Shown: in pieces, positions 1-12,889 of the stretch
Layout: each line of letters starts with the position of its first letter
Position numbering within the stretch: position 1 is the first letter of the stretch
Translations under genes and position numbers: made by a program
The notes under the pieces: model-generated
What the model saw: the letters and a program-made list of their open reading frames with translations, nothing else
Database searches by the model: none
What the model was told of the DNA's origin: nothing
Assembly: GCF_964213995.1 (NCBI RefSeq)
Contig: NC_135807.1
Coordinates: forward strand, 116,126,001-116,190,000
Direction: 5' to 3'
Length of the DNA: 64,000 nt
Origin: Mustelus asterias
Lineage: Eukaryota

Positions 1-256
1 TGATCCCTACATATTTACCCGCTAATCCCTCTAACCTACGCATCTCAGGACACGAAGGGGCAATTTTAGCATGGCCAATCAAACTAACCCGCACATCTTT
101 GGACTGTGGGAGGAAACCGGAGCACCTGGAGGAAACCCACACAGACACGAGGAGAATGTGCAAACTCCACACAGACAGTGACCCAAGCCGGGAATCGAAC
201 CCAGGTCCCTGGAGCTGTGAAGCAACAGTGCTCACCACTGTGCTACCGTGTCGCCC
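1..256 (-). mobile_element. HE1/V-SINE-type tRNA-derived SINE (3' end cut by window edge)
   Basis: Minus strand: tRNA-like head with A box and GGTTCGATTCC B box, then V-domain-like core (GTGGGTTTCCTCC...TTTCCTCCCACAGTCCAAAGATGTGCGGGTTAG); near-identical to 713-1059. Confidence 0.9.
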
Positions 257-1300
257 CTTGACCAGGTGACATTAAAGGAACAGCAGTATCTTTCTAATTC
301 AGGCTAATGTGCGATTTGGATGAAAACTTGGAGGTACTGGTGTTTTCATGTGCCTGCTGTCTATGTCCTATTAGAAGGTAGAAGCTGTGCATTTAGGATA
401 TGCTTTCAAAGAAATATTGGTGAGTTGCTGTAGTACATCTTGTGCATCAGATGGTACAGACAACAGACATTGTGTGCTCATGGTAAAGGGATTGATTATT
501 TAAGATGGTGAATGGGATGTCAATTAAGTGTGCTTTTTCCGAGGTGGTGTTGAACTTTTTGAGTAGTGTTGGAGTTGTTGCACTCATTCAAGCAAGTGGA
601 GAACATTCCTTTGCACTTGTAGATATTGGAAATTGTTTTAAGGAGTCAGGAGGTAAGTTAATAGATGCAGAATACCAAAGTTCAACTTGCTCTTGTAGCC
701 ACACTATTTATTGGGCGGCACGGTAGCACAGTGGTTAGCACTGCTGCTTCACAGCTCCAGGGACCTGGGTTCGATTCCCGGCTTGGGTCACTGTCTGGGT
801 GGAGTTTGCACATTCTCCTCGTGTCTGCGTGGGTTTTCTCCGGGTGCCCCGGTTTCCTCCCACAGTCCAAAGATGTGCGGGTTAGGTTGATTGGCCATGC
901 TAAAAATTGCCCTTAGTGTCCCGAGATGTGTAGGTTAGAGGGATTAGTGGGTAAATATGTAGGGATATGAGGGTAGGGCCTGGGTGGGATTGTGGTCGGT
1001 GCAGACTCGCTGGGCCGAATGGCCTCTTTCTGTACTGTAGGGTTTCTATGATTTCTATGGCTGGTCCAATTCAGTTTCTGGTCAATGGTGACCCCATTAT
1101 GTTGATGTTGGGGAATTCAATGATGGTAATACCATTGAATGTCAAAGAGAGGGGATTATACCCTTTCTTATTAGATGTGGTCATTGCTTGGCACTTGTTT
1201 GGCATAAACGTTACTTACCACTTATGAATCGAAGCCTGAAAGCTATAAGGGTTTGCCACATTTTCTGAAGAGGAGTTGCAAATGGAACTGAATACTGTAC
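257..1300 (-). mobile_element. Old degenerate non-LTR (LINE) RT-region fragment, interrupted by the SINE at 713-1059
   Basis: Sequence resembles the RT region of the LINE family seen at 45630-47939 and reads through across the SINE; no open frame. Confidence 0.5.
713..1059 (+). mobile_element. HE1/V-SINE-type SINE, full length
   Basis: GGGCGGCACGGTAGCACAGTGG head, B box GGTTCGATTCC, V-like core, CR1-like tail GGGCCGAATGGCCT...TTCTATG repeats. Confidence 0.92.
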
Positions 1301-1899
1301 AATAATGAAAAGATTGAGAAGGGACTATTCAATTCCAAGTCAGTTCTGGAATTAATTAACTTAATAATGACTAAGATTTTAATGTGCTGCCACCATGGTG
1401 ATAGAAGAGAAAGACATAAAAGGACTTTCTACCACAAAGATGAGTGACTATTGATCATTGTGCAACATGATGAAAAGAAAAGGCTGTAAATAGAGCAAAG
1501 GGTATAATGGGCTCTGAGAAATGAGGCTGGATTCATTTCTATCCGATAATATCACATCTCGACTACTTATGTTCTCACCAATTAATACGTTTTGTCACCA
1601 CATTTGTGTACAGTATCAAGTTCAATGTTGCTTGCAAATGTGCTCTGCCACTAACTGCTCCTTCTGTAAGAAAGTAGCACTTTTTCTAGAGCCAGCTGGG
1701 ATACACAAGAACTGCTGTTCGATTCTACAAGTAGTTGTGATATGTATCAATTAGAATCTTCTTTGTGGGAGTTGCTCAAGATTTATTTGAGGCAGAATTA
1801 ACTATCTCTTATGTAGGGCCACATTTTGACATCGAGCAAGTTTAACTTGTTGCTTCTGTTCAGTACTGAAGAATATCCTTATAATGCCCATTGACCTTT

Positions 1900-2229
1900 A
1901 TAGAAACTCTACAGTGTAGAAGGAAGCCATTCAGCCCATCAAGTCTGCATCGACAACAATCTCACCCCAGGCCCTATCCCCACAACCCCACACATTTACC
2001 CCGCTAATCACTCTAACCTACACATCCCAGGACACTATGGGCAATTTAACCTGGCCAATCAACCTAACCCGCACATCTTTGGACTGTGGGAGGAAACCGT
2101 AGCACCCGGAGAAAACCCACGCAGACACAGGGAGAACATGCAAACTCCACACTGACAGTGGCCCAGGAATCGAACCCGGGTCACTGGAGCTGTGAAGCAG
2201 CCGTGCTAACCACTGTGCCACCATGCCGC
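1900..2229 (-). mobile_element. HE1/V-SINE-type SINE
   Basis: Reverse-complement match to 713-1059 along its length. Confidence 0.9.
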
Positions 2230-2330
2230 TCCACGTTGTTGGAATTTGTGAAGTTTTTGAATTCTCCCTCATGATTTCTGTCATCTCTTGGCAAGCAAGG
2301 TCAAGATGGCTGTTGGAATGTCAACCCTAT

Positions 2331-5300
2331 TGTAATATCACTTCAAAGAAATATACAAATGAGGACAGAACCAGGATGTAAAGCAGATGTGACCAATAAC
2401 TAGCTGGTTATGTATAGTGTGGTGTAGGAATTGCAAATGTGCTGTTCTTGTGAGCAATGTTTGCTGAATTCACCAAGTAGATCTATCAATTTTGATGCTA
2501 TGGGAAGCTTCAGACGTGATTCTGTACTATGCCTCAGAGAAATTGAAATTCCGTCAATCAATTTTCCGAGAAGGTGCAGTGTACGCATATAGGAAATGCT
2601 TAGAGCAGATTAGTTGCATAACAGCATATCTATCATATGCATCAATGCACCAACTGGCGTAGTTCTATCACATGCATGCTTGTTTGGTCTAAGATTGCTC
2701 TAACAAGATGCCCATGCATGATTCCGCCATTTGATTAATTGAATTCCAAATTCACAGGAGCAAAGTTGTTTTGCAAATTGGAATCCAAACACAGGTTTGG
2801 ATAGGTTCTTTTGGCAAAGGGATCTCAAGAAATCACTACTTTCAGATTGCCATTTGGAAGATACTACTTTTAGAGATTGCCGTTTCGTTATTCCATAAGT
2901 AAGGAACTGTTCCAGCAACATATGGACAGAATCTCAGAAAATATCCCTAGATGAGTACACAGCATCAATGCTACTGTGATGATGGGCAAAAACAAAAAAG
3001 GGCATGACCAAAAATGTACAATTGCTGATGGCAGGAGCTTGTTGCAAAGGACCCATCATCAACAGCAAGAAATTCCAGCCGAATGTAGATCAGGTTAACT
3101 TTTTCAGCCTTATTTATTCAAATTCCAGGATCGATCCTCACCCAGTTAAACTCAAAGATGCATGAGACATGCCTACCCCCAGGACAAAGAAAATTTGCAA
3201 AGATCCCTCAGAACTATCAACTTCTTAGCATCATTCTTTGCCAATAAAACACCATCACGAAGAGAGGTCTTGGGGACGGATGTTCAGTATGTATGGCAGA
3301 GGGAATCATCAACATGTTTTCAAGTCACTTAAACAGGCATTGTCAGAAGAAACATGTGTTCTACAATACTATGACCCAAGAGATGAGATGGCTTTAGGGG
3401 TTGACACATCACAATAAGGGTTTGGAGTGTGCACTACGCAAGATAGCAAACCAACTGCATTTGGCTACAAAAGTCATTCACAATCAAAATCCAACTATTC
3501 AAACATAGAGTGTGAGACACTCGCTCAGGTAATCTCTATCACATGATTCCACACGTATCTATTTGGCAAAAAACTCATTGTGGAAACTGACCGCCAACCA
3601 TTGGAAATGATTTGGTGCAAACCACAGACAAGTACACCATCAGATTACAACATCCTCTGGTAAAAATACAGGGGTACAACTTTGTTGCAAACTGAGTGGC
3701 AAACTAGTTACTTCAGACACATTGAGCAGGTTACCAAGTCCGACAATTTTGGATATCCGGAAATTTCTGCTGTATATGCAACTGATTGGCGTAGACATCA
3801 ACGTCAATCTAATGAATTTGGTCAACACAAATGCAACCAATGTCAGGAGTAGACAAATAATGCACGACTGAAGTCATTATGGAGAGTCATTGTAGAAGGT
3901 TGCCTGATATGGTACAAGACATGCCGGACACCCTGAGATGTTTTTGACCATACAGAAACGAAATAGGTTTTTCAAAAGGTCTGATTATCAAAGGAAAACA
4001 AGTGCTTGTACCTAAAGCTCTTCGCCAGGACATATTATCACAGCTACACCAGGGACATATGGGCATAGAGCCAACAAGGCACCTGGCAAGGGAAACTGTA
4101 TTGGACAGGGATCAACCATGATATTAAGAAGGTAATGAGAGTGTACAAAGCATGCCAGAGTCACCAATCACATCAACACAAAGAACCACTATAGCTTCAT
4201 CAGATTTCACTGATTACTTTTCCAAGTTTCCAATCATCAGACAGTTGAAGGATACCTCAAGGGCATCCATGGTTGACATAATGGGCAGGAATTTCCGGCT
4301 GCGCTTGCCCCAAAACTGGAAAATCCTGCCCAAGATCAAAGGACTCCAGCACGATTCCCATGGCAGGTGGGATGGGAAAATTCCACCCAGTGTGTGCAAT
4401 ATTCAGTTTGTTCAGTATGCCAAAAGAGATCATTTTGGATAACGGACCACACTGCACTGGCAGACCCTTTAGGGACATGGGTGCTAAATGGGGCATAAAC
4501 CATGTGGCAGCCTCGTCATATTAGTCCCAACCCAGGGTTCTTGTCGAATGAATGGTTCGCACCATTAAGGCATTAATCATGAAGTGCAGGTGATCAAATC
4601 AATCAATGTGCATGTTACACTTGACAGCAACACTTTTAGGTATGGGCTTACCATCACCAGTGGGAATTATGTTCATAAGGCAGTTAAGGCCAATCTTGCT
4701 CAACCATTGCTTATTCCCGTTCTTAGAGATATAGGAGAAACTTCTGGAAAAAACAACGGAGAATGAAGAAGGCATACAACCGACATGCAGGTGCAGAACT
4801 CTCTAGCCTGTGCATAGGACAGAAGATTCTGGTCATATATATATATCCTGTTCAGGAAAGCTGGTCACCCAGAGAGGTATCCAAAGTGTGCAGTGAGCCC
4901 AGATCGAATGAGGTCATGATACTGAACGGTGTGATGTTAAGGAGAAACAGAAGCCAGTTAAGGGAATTGTACAATCATATGTTGCCCGACACTTCAGCTG
5001 AATCAAAATCACATCCAAAGAACTTGGAAAGTGAAATTGGGCAAGACCACCATGAAAACAACCAAAACTCCAATATTACCCAGGATGTCAATGCACGTTT
5101 AAGATAAGGACACCAAAGTGACATGTCTAGATCTCAAAAAGTTCACACCATCACAAGATCTGGAAGGATTAGCAAACTACCCATAAATCATCAAGATTCT
5201 TGAAGTTTTTATCTCTTAAACAAAGATTTATCTTTTACATAAATAGTCTTCACAACCATCCTATTGTGCATGTATTTTTACTGTTAATGCATATGATGCT

Positions 5301-5460
5301 ATCTTGGGGATAACACTATCACTTTATGCAAATATACAAATGAGCAACTAACCAGGATGTAGAGCAGCATGTGACCCAGCTAGTCATGTGGTGTGGGGAT
5401 TGCAGATATACTGTCCTTGTAGGTAATGGTTGCTGAATCTATCAAGTGGATATGCTTGCT
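2331..5460 (+). mobile_element. Old degenerate Ty3/Gypsy LTR retrotransposon
   Basis: Diverged direct repeats at ~2331-2485 and ~5325-5460 (AATATACAAATGAG...ACCAGGATGTA...TTGCTGAAT). Interrupted pol relics: RNase H (LQYYDP...YSNIECETLA, VETDRQPLE ~3360-3610), integrase zinc finger (LHQGHMGIE ~4043) and core (IILDNGP ~4430). Confidence 0.8.
4283..4388. mobile_element. PIF/Harbinger-type MITE inserted in the Gypsy integrase relic
   Basis: Imperfect TIRs GGGCAGGAATTTCC / GGAAAATTCCACCC; similar to 8803-8912. Confidence 0.7.
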
Positions 5461-5660
5461 GATTTGATTTATTATTGTCACATGTATTAGTATACAGTGA
5501 AAAGTATTGTTTCTGGTGCACTATGTGGACAAAGCATACCATACATAGAGAAGCAAAGGTGAGAGAATGTAGTATTACAATCATAGCTAGGGTGCAGAGA
5601 AAGATCAACTTAATGCGAGGTAGGTCCATTCAAAAGTCTGATGGCAGCAGGGAAGAGTAC
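5461..5660 (-). mobile_element. LINE 3'-end fragment with (ATCAA)-like tail
   Basis: Matches 21500-21670 (GATTTATTATTGTCAC...TACAGTGAAAAGTATTGTTTC). Confidence 0.6.
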
Positions 5661-6357
5661 TTCCCTAAAGCCATCCTGTATAGTATCTGCAAATAAACCA
5701 AACCTATATATAGTTTCCCAGTATAGTATGAGACTGGTTAGCTTGTGTAAAGCAGATCTAGAAATGCAACAAGCTCCAAAACCCATTGCAGCAGCAAGAG
5801 CGTTGATAAGTGACAAATGTATGGTCTACTTAACTGAAGTTTCCAATACAAATGTCACTTCTCTTCCCACGCACTCGGTGACAAACTAAATGGAAGCAAC
5901 CTTGATGCATCCTAAATATGTCAAATAACTTCAACATGCATCCTGTGATGGTGTTTGAATAGTACCACTAAGGTCTGCTTTACCACGAAATTCTGAGCAT
6001 TAAATGCCAGACCTCTTCCCTATAACAACTGTCCTTCATCAACCCCTTTACTACTATGCCCTTTTCTAACTGACCCTTGGTCCCTTAACAAGTAATTCTT
6101 CTTCAAAATTGTTGTGATCTTCAGGGATGTCAGTGCTCCAAATATGTTGTGTTCTTTAACTGTATTAGGTCGACCACTGCTTATAGTGGAATATGGCAGA
6201 TGGGCCATATGAGTACACTTATTTTGCCACTGTATTGTCATTAAAGGCACTATTATGAATTTGTGCACAGAGGATACAAACATGTTAATGTGACATATTG
6301 TGCAAAGCACAGAATATAAGATTAATAGTTGCCTTTTGCAGTCAGCACTGACAGTCA

Positions 6358-6770
6358 AAGAACAAAAAAAAGTACAGCACAGAAACAGGCCCTTCAGCCC
6401 TCCAAGCCTGTGCTGATCATGATGCCCAAACTAAACTAAAAAAAACCTTCTGCCCTTACTCGGTCCATATCTCTCGATTCTAGGCACCCACCACTCTGCG
6501 TGAAAAACTTACCCTGCACATTTCCCTTAAACTTTCCCCCTCCCACCTTGAACCTGTACCCCCTTGTAATTGACACTTCTACTCCTGGGAAAAAGCCTCC
6601 GACTATCCACTCTGTCTATGCCTCTCATAATTTTGTAGACTTCTATCAGGTCTCCCCTCAGCCTCCGTCTTTCCAGTGAAACAATCCTAGTTTATTCAAC
6701 CTCTCCTCGTAGCCAACACCCTCGAGACCAGACAATACCCTCGTGAACCTTCTTTGTACTCTCCAATCTT
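6358..6770 (-). mobile_element. CR1 LINE 3' fragment
   Basis: Tail GTACAGCACAGAAACAGGCCCTTC and degenerate ORF2 C-terminus homologous to 41998-42480. Confidence 0.85.
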
Positions 6771-7047
6771 GATCTTAACAAGCTGTCCAAAAAGATTGAA
6801 CAGGCTTTAGAGCTTCAAGTTCCTCATTTCCTATGTGACTTTGCATCTGGTGTCATCTACTGGAGATTGGAGACATAATTAAGCAAGCTGATCAGCCAGT
6901 CAGATTGAAGAATTCTCACAGACAGCAAATGAGGAAGTAAAAAGCACAACATATAATTCAACTTCTCGTTAATTCACAGAAATGAAATAAGGATTCATAA
7001 ATGCACATGGGTTTAAAAGAGAAGATGAAATGTCTCAAAAAAAGCAT

Positions 7048-7980
7048 TGGTCTGAATTTTGTGATCACATTGTTGCACAATCACACGCAAGCCAAAAAAC
7101 AAGAATTTTGTTAATGAGGTCTCGTTTTTAATTTTTCCTCACCCCTTCACCAGTGACGTAATGAGGTTCCCATCCAGAGAACTTGTGAATTTCATTTAAA
7201 TAATTGTGAATGACATTAAAGAGCTTCCCTCACTGTACTGTCCCCCCACATCAGGATCTCCCCCCGCTCCAATGTGACATTATGATGGCGAGGTTTATAA
7301 CTGTTTGTTTTTAAATGGGAATGAAGCGAAGGGAACCTGCTGGGCATACAGCCCCTGGGGGAGCGGAAGATCACAGGGCAGTACTCTGGCAATGTCCTGA
7401 CACTGGACCAAGCACAGCTTCCTATCACTGCCCCTGGCACCCTGACACTGCCCCTGGCACCCTGACACTGCCCTGATACTACACCCTGGCAACTGCACCC
7501 TGGCACTATTCCCTGCCAGGCAGCAGTGCTGGGGGAGTGCCAGGGCCCAGTGCTATGGTGGTAGTACTGGAACAATGCCATTGGGCAGTGTCAAGATGCT
7601 AGGGGACAATGCCGGGGGCAGTGCCAAGGGAGCCCCTCTAGGGAGATCCGTTGGAGGTTTCTCGATATCCGGAGGAGGGGGAGGGGTGCATGGGCTGGGG
7701 TGAGGGGGGTTGTCCATATGCATGTGTGGGGGTACCATGTACATGTGGGGGTGTTCTTGTGTTTTTTTAATTGGAGATCAGGGTGCCATTTTTAAAAAGA
7801 TTCCCAGCCTTGCCGACTTCTCCCAGTCCCACCCATCAGCGTGACGACATGTGCCGCACCTCCATTCGTTTTTGCACAGAATGATGCACAATATGACAAG
7901 AAAAGCTAACTATGTAGCTTGAGAGCTACACGCCGGTTTCCTTGCCTCAGCCAGCACTCTGTACAAAAAATGCCCATTAT
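7048..7980. mobile_element. Probable non-autonomous Harbinger-like DNA element with GGCACTGCC-rich interior
   Basis: Starts GGTCTGAATTTT (TIR-like); interior tandem CACTGCCCCTGGCACCCTGA repeats (7427-7480) resembling 35150-35300 and 45290-45620. Confidence 0.5.
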
Positions 7981-8367
7981 TTTTAACATTTAAAAAAAGA
8001 ATGGAATTTTTAAATGTTGTTTTGAAGGATTGACACTCCACACGTATGAACTTAGTTTTTCAGGACCAGAGAGGTGGTTCCGCAATTATCATAGCCACAT
8101 TAGATTCAAAGTTACACCTCATTTAAAGTGTTTCCAGTTGTACATGCAGTGAGAATTGTGCATATAAAGTTGATGTTTGTATCAAATCACAAATTCTATA
8201 CTGATTGCAATGACAAAGCTGCAATAGCACCCAGTGGTAGAGAAGGGTATGACTGGCAGTAACCTGTGGATTTCAATGTATGCGGGCACCAGATATTCTT
8301 ATTAATATTACACAATAATGATAGCAGAAACTAATAGTTTCAACATCATTAAAAGTGCAATTTCGGG

Positions 8368-8602
8368 TGTAATGACTTCAGTCAGGCCATTGAGGTTGGC
8401 CAATTGGAGTATGAACTCGCTGATTAAGGATCCAATGGATAGGCCAATCAGGGAGTCTTTGCCTTGTACTTAACTGGGAGTGTCAGTTCCTCTGACACCC
8501 CAGAGGTAAACTACTAACAGCGAGCACTCTGGGTACTACTCTTAGAGTTGGTAAATAAAGGGATTTTGGTGAAGGGACTTCCGCCTCTGAAGACTTATTA
8601 TA
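8368..8602 (+). mobile_element. Candidate solo LTR
   Basis: Near-inverted termini TGTAAT...ATTATA, several CCAAT boxes, AATAAA at ~8554; no convincing TSD. Confidence 0.45.
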
Positions 8603-8802
8603 GCAGATAACTGTAATATGCCAATAGTTCTATATAACCCTTCAGCCTTCTGAGTTCAACTGCCTTCCAAGCTCTTTCACCTAAACTACTGTTTTTGTTA
8701 TGTTATGTGCCACATTTGCATAAATATTCTTAAATCCACGGGCGCATCAGGAGCGTATATGGAATTGTCAAAGTAATTTGAGGGTGAATTCAGGGAGACA
8801 GT

Positions 8803-8912
8803 GGGTGGGATATTCTGGCCGCGGTTGCCCCGAAACCGGAAAATCCCACCCGAGGTCAACGGATCTTTCCATGGTCTGCCCCTTGCCCGGGCAGAATGGG
8901 AAAATTCATCCC
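8803..8912. mobile_element. PIF/Harbinger-type MITE
   Basis: Imperfect GGG-starting TIRs; 3-bp TSD AGT/AGT. Confidence 0.75.
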
Positions 8913-9438
8913 AGTATTCCTGGTGGAAAGTCTTACTTAGGGGAGTACAGTTGGAGAATTAAATGTGGAGGTCACCGTGCCGAAATCAAAGCATTCCAAT
9001 TTCGCAATGATTGAAATCTATTACTGAGAAATCAGGGACATTTCAAACTGGAATGATTAAGCTCTGTGCGCAATTTGCTGTGGGGCACAATGCCAGGAGG
9101 ATGAACTCACTAAATTTATATTTAAAACATTTTGATTATATTTTACAGAAATAAAGAACATTATCAATGGATAATATAGACTGCATTGTATGTATAAAAA
9201 GTAAAACCGAGCTGGCAGATACAGGACAATAATTGAATCGCATACTCATGATAGGATTACAAACCACTTGAGTTTGACTCTTGTAGTTTATACATCATGA
9301 GAACCCACAATTCAATTACTGGTTTTATCTTGCTGCCGTCTATCTGCTATCAAGTGTGGAATCTCTCTATGCATTCACTTTCTCTGCATTAAAAGCATAC
9401 CCTAAATTATCATAAACAATGTAAGTAGAATCAATTGG

Positions 9439-9576
9439 GGCTGAATTTTCCAACCTCGCCCGTAAGCCGGAATCCTCCAGTCCCGCTGCAGAGAAACTAA
9501 TAGGTTTGCTGAACGCCAAATTCTCCGTTCTCGCTGGCAGTGGCAGCAGGGCATGAACAGCCGAAGAATTCCAGCC
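9439..9576. mobile_element. PIF/Harbinger-type MITE
   Basis: TIRs GGCTGAATTTTC / GAATTCCAGCC; interior similar to 10408-10543. Confidence 0.7.
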
Positions 9577-9619
9577 TGTGTGTCTGTGTCAGATTTAGAT
9601 CACAAAACCGCAAGATGTA

Positions 9620-10255
9620 ACAGATAAGGAGCAGAAGTAGCCACTCAGCTCATTCAGTCTGCTCCATCATTCACTGAGATCATGACTGATCTGATGTGAT
9701 AATCCTCAACTCCACTTTCCTGCCTTATCCCCATAACCCTTGATTCCCTTACTGATTAAAAATCTATCTATCTCCGTCTTGAACATATATAATGAACCAA
9801 CCTCTGCAGCTCTCTGCGGTAAAGAATTCCACAGATTCACTGCTGTCTGATGGAAGAAATTCCTCTTCATCTTTGCATAAAATGAGCACCTCCCCTCAGC
9901 CCTCCTCCATACTCTGAGATTATGCCCTCCGGTCCTAGATTCTCTCACAAGGGGAAACAACCTCTCAGCAACCTGTCAAGCTTCCTGAGAATCCTATATG
10001 CCCTGCTATTTGATTCTGTACAATCCGAGAATCATAAAATTCCTGCAGTGCAGAAGGAGGCCATTTGGCTCAGTAAGGTTGCCTCTCATTCTTCTAAATT
10101 CCAATGAGTAGAGGCCCAAGCTATTTAACCTTTTCTCTTAAGAAAATTACTCCACACCCTGGATCAACTTAGTGAACCTTCTTTGGACTGCCTCCAATGC
10201 CAATATATCTTTCCTTAGATAAGGGGACCAAAACTGTTCACAGTATTCCAGGTGT
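9620..10255 (-). mobile_element. CR1 LINE 3' fragment
   Basis: ORF 9706-9960 encodes the CR1 ORF2 C-terminus (MFPLVRESRTGGH...NLWNSLPQ...FKTEIDRFL). Confidence 0.9.
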
Positions 10256-10407
10256 ATTTTGTTGCAGAAACAACATCTCAGTGTTATTTTTCTGGGCAAT
10301 GTTGGTGCAGGAAAAGTAAGTATTTATTTACAGCACGAAGTTTGCTCAAAAGGTAAGAAGCTGCTGATGCCAGAATCTTTCAACATCGTAGCATCATGTG
10401 ATTCCAA

Positions 10408-10543
10408 GGCCGGAATTTTCTGGCCATTCATGCCAGCGGGATTCTCTGGTCCCACTGCAATGAATGCAGATTTGGCGAAGCGCCAAATTCTCCGTCCATA
10501 CTCGCAGCAGTGATGGGGTGTGAATGGCTGGAAAATTCTGGCC
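10408..10543. mobile_element. PIF/Harbinger-type MITE
   Basis: TIRs GGCCGGAATTTTC / GAAAATTCTGGCC; 3-bp TSD CAA/CAA. Confidence 0.8.
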
Positions 10544-11249
10544 CAAATTCTTGAAATGCAATTTTTAAGTTTGAACTAAACCTTCAATTTAATTCCAGGC
10601 AGGGTCTAATAACCCAGATTTCAGCAGTCACATCTGCCTTGACAATTAAGCAAATGAGATATGGCAAATGATAGAGCTTTATAATTTTTTAAAAGCCTTT
10701 TGTGAAAAATCACAGGCATCTCAATTCATTCCGAATAATGTAATTAGACATCAAGATACAGTCCTCATATCGCTTTGGCATTTCTATGTTTCATTGGCCT
10801 CCCACATTGAAGACAGAAGTAGACAGGGAATCACTGAGAATGTTCAAAATCATTGCATTTCAAAATACTCAGAGAGGTGCTAGACCAATATGTGGAAGTT
10901 GAATATTATCTATGAGGTTTTGGAAAGCCTCCTCAGTCAAGTCATTGAAAATCCAAGTTATGTTAATTTTCAGATCATAGAAACTTGCACTTTGAGAAGG
11001 AAAAGGGGAGTTAAAAATATAGAGAATAGGAAGGGAAGTGAGAGTATAAAGAACTTAAGACACAAGAAAAGGGGAGTAAAGAATGAGAGACACAGAAAGA
11101 CTTGCATTGATACACTGTCTTATGATGTTTCCTAGAAATGCCACAAAATAGTGACAATGCAATGAATCACTTTAAAGTGATTTAAAATGCTCCACAAGTA
11201 AATACAAAAGTAAATTTGCATACAGCTGGATGCTTTGAACAACAATCCA

Positions 11250-11500
11250 ATGACTGAACAGCTAATTTGTTTTGGTGCTGTTGGTTGAGAGTAAGGCGCT
11301 CGGCGGGTCACTGCGGGGGCTCTCCAATTTTTAATTACTGTCACGGGATTTTTAAGATCCATCTGTTCCACAGAACAGGCAGACAGGACTTCACTTTAAT
11401 TTCTCACCTGAAGACTGGCACTTCTGACAATGCAGCACTCCTTGAATATGACAGTGGAGCGACCACCTGCATCTTTGTTACAATTCTGCAGCATGGGAGA
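11250..11500 (-). mobile_element. Degenerate Deu-domain SINE (SacSINE1/AmnSINE-like)
   Basis: GGGATTTTTAAGATCCATCTG...GGCAGACAGG...AAGACTGGCACTTCTGACAATGCAGCACTCC resembles the reverse complement of the Deu central domain as I recall it. Confidence 0.65.
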
Positions 11501-11800
11501 GGCTTTGAACCCGGGGGAGAGGGGGACGACTTTGAACCCAGGGAATCAGGGTGTCTTTGAACCTGAGTGTTGGTGGGGGGAGGGCTTTGAACCCAGGGAG
11601 GCGGGGGGGGCTTTGAACCCGGGGGAGAGGGGGAAGACTTTGAACCCAGGGAGACAGGGGTGTCTTTGAACCTGAATGTTGGTGAGGGGAGGACTTTGAA
11701 CCTAGAGAGGCGGGGGTGTCTTTGAACCTGAGTGTTGGTAGTGCAGGGGGAGGTTTGAACCCTCAGGGTAGGGGGGTGTTTGAACCCAGAGTTGGGGGTG
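11501..11800 (-). repeat. G-rich minisatellite with 11 TTTGAACC cores and a ~108-bp higher-order repeat
   Basis: Cores every 25-34 bp; units 1-4 (11501-11608) are repeated as units 5-8 (11609-11717). Confidence 0.9.
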
Positions 11801-12384
11801 GGGGCACTGCTGTGAACTCATCCAAAAGCTTCCACCTTAAGAAAGTGAGAAAAAAGAGGTAACGCAAAGCAAAGTAACTGTTGGATATGTTTCAATATAA
11901 AGCAATCTGTGTATAAGATTTACTCTCCAACCTGCAACCTCAGATAAAACTATGACTTACTTTGAGAAAATGAAGGATTATGCCTAAATTGGTTTTATTT
12001 ATTGAATTCTTTCTCATTGCCCAGCTATGGGGTTAAAACTATTACTGAAAACTATGAAGGATATTCAACCCATGCTTACTCATATGTACACTTGAGGACA
12101 AGAGATTTAAAAAAGTTCAGGAAAATATCCATACCCGGTAAGCACCTGTCTATTATGCACTCTGCCCAACTCTTTTCTTTCATGGACTCTAATGGAAAGG
12201 ATAATCATGTGGTATTTATAATGGGAAACTAATCAATTTATGCTACTTTTACACAGTCGCCCTTTGTCCTTGGGACAAATGCAAGGTTGAAGGACTCCAT
12301 GTAGCAGTCCAGCATTTCAGGTAGCAACTATTTTTTAAGGTTCAGGGTGATGATGTGTATGAGGATAGGGAAAATAACATTTTT

Positions 12385-12720
12385 AAGTTTAAGTATTATT
12401 GACACAAGTAGGCTTACATCAACACTGCAATGAAATTACTGTGAAAATCCCCTCGTCCCCACACTCTGGCACCTGTTTGGGTACACCGACGGTGAGTTTA
12501 GAAACCGGAGTACCCGGAGGAAACCCACGCAGATACAGGAGTCGTGTCTGCCTAATTCAGCCTAATTAAAGAATATCTATATATAAATGATGAGACACTG
12601 AGACACTGTGCGGAGCCTGCAGAACGTGCAGACTCCGCACAGTGAGCCAAGCTTGAAATCGAACCCGGGTCCTTGGCGCTGTGAGGCAGCAGTGCTAACC
12701 ACTGTACCACCGTGCCGCCC
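12385..12720 (-). mobile_element. HE1-type SINE with alternative 3' tail, internally rearranged
   Basis: Same tRNA head and core as HE1; tail (plus strand) CACAAGTAGGCTTACAT...CACTGCAATGAA shared with 40665-40960 and 60430-60739. Confidence 0.8.
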
Positions 12721-12889
12721 TTGCGTTGTTCTTGGCAGTTCAGCCTAATTAAAGCTCAAAATGATGGCAAATATAATTTTTGTACTGAGTACTGTTATTT
12801 GTTTCTCGGTAATGTTCAATAAATCTGCCTGTTGGTTCATACTCCGAGTCATGATCTGATAGATATATTGTTCTGCTTACCAAAATTGA

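Noticed and set aside
713-790. tRNA genes at SINE and LINE heads
   Set aside because: A and B boxes continue into SINE or LINE bodies; no standalone cloverleaf with terminator
665-916. Recurrent short ORFs (MVSTAASQ..., MDCGRKPEH...) resembling a gene family
   Set aside because: They are translations of HE1 SINE copies
11501-11800. CRISPR-like repeat/spacer appearance
   Set aside because: The core is only ~8-10 bp, spacers are related to each other and duplicated, there are no cas genes, and the context is vertebrate
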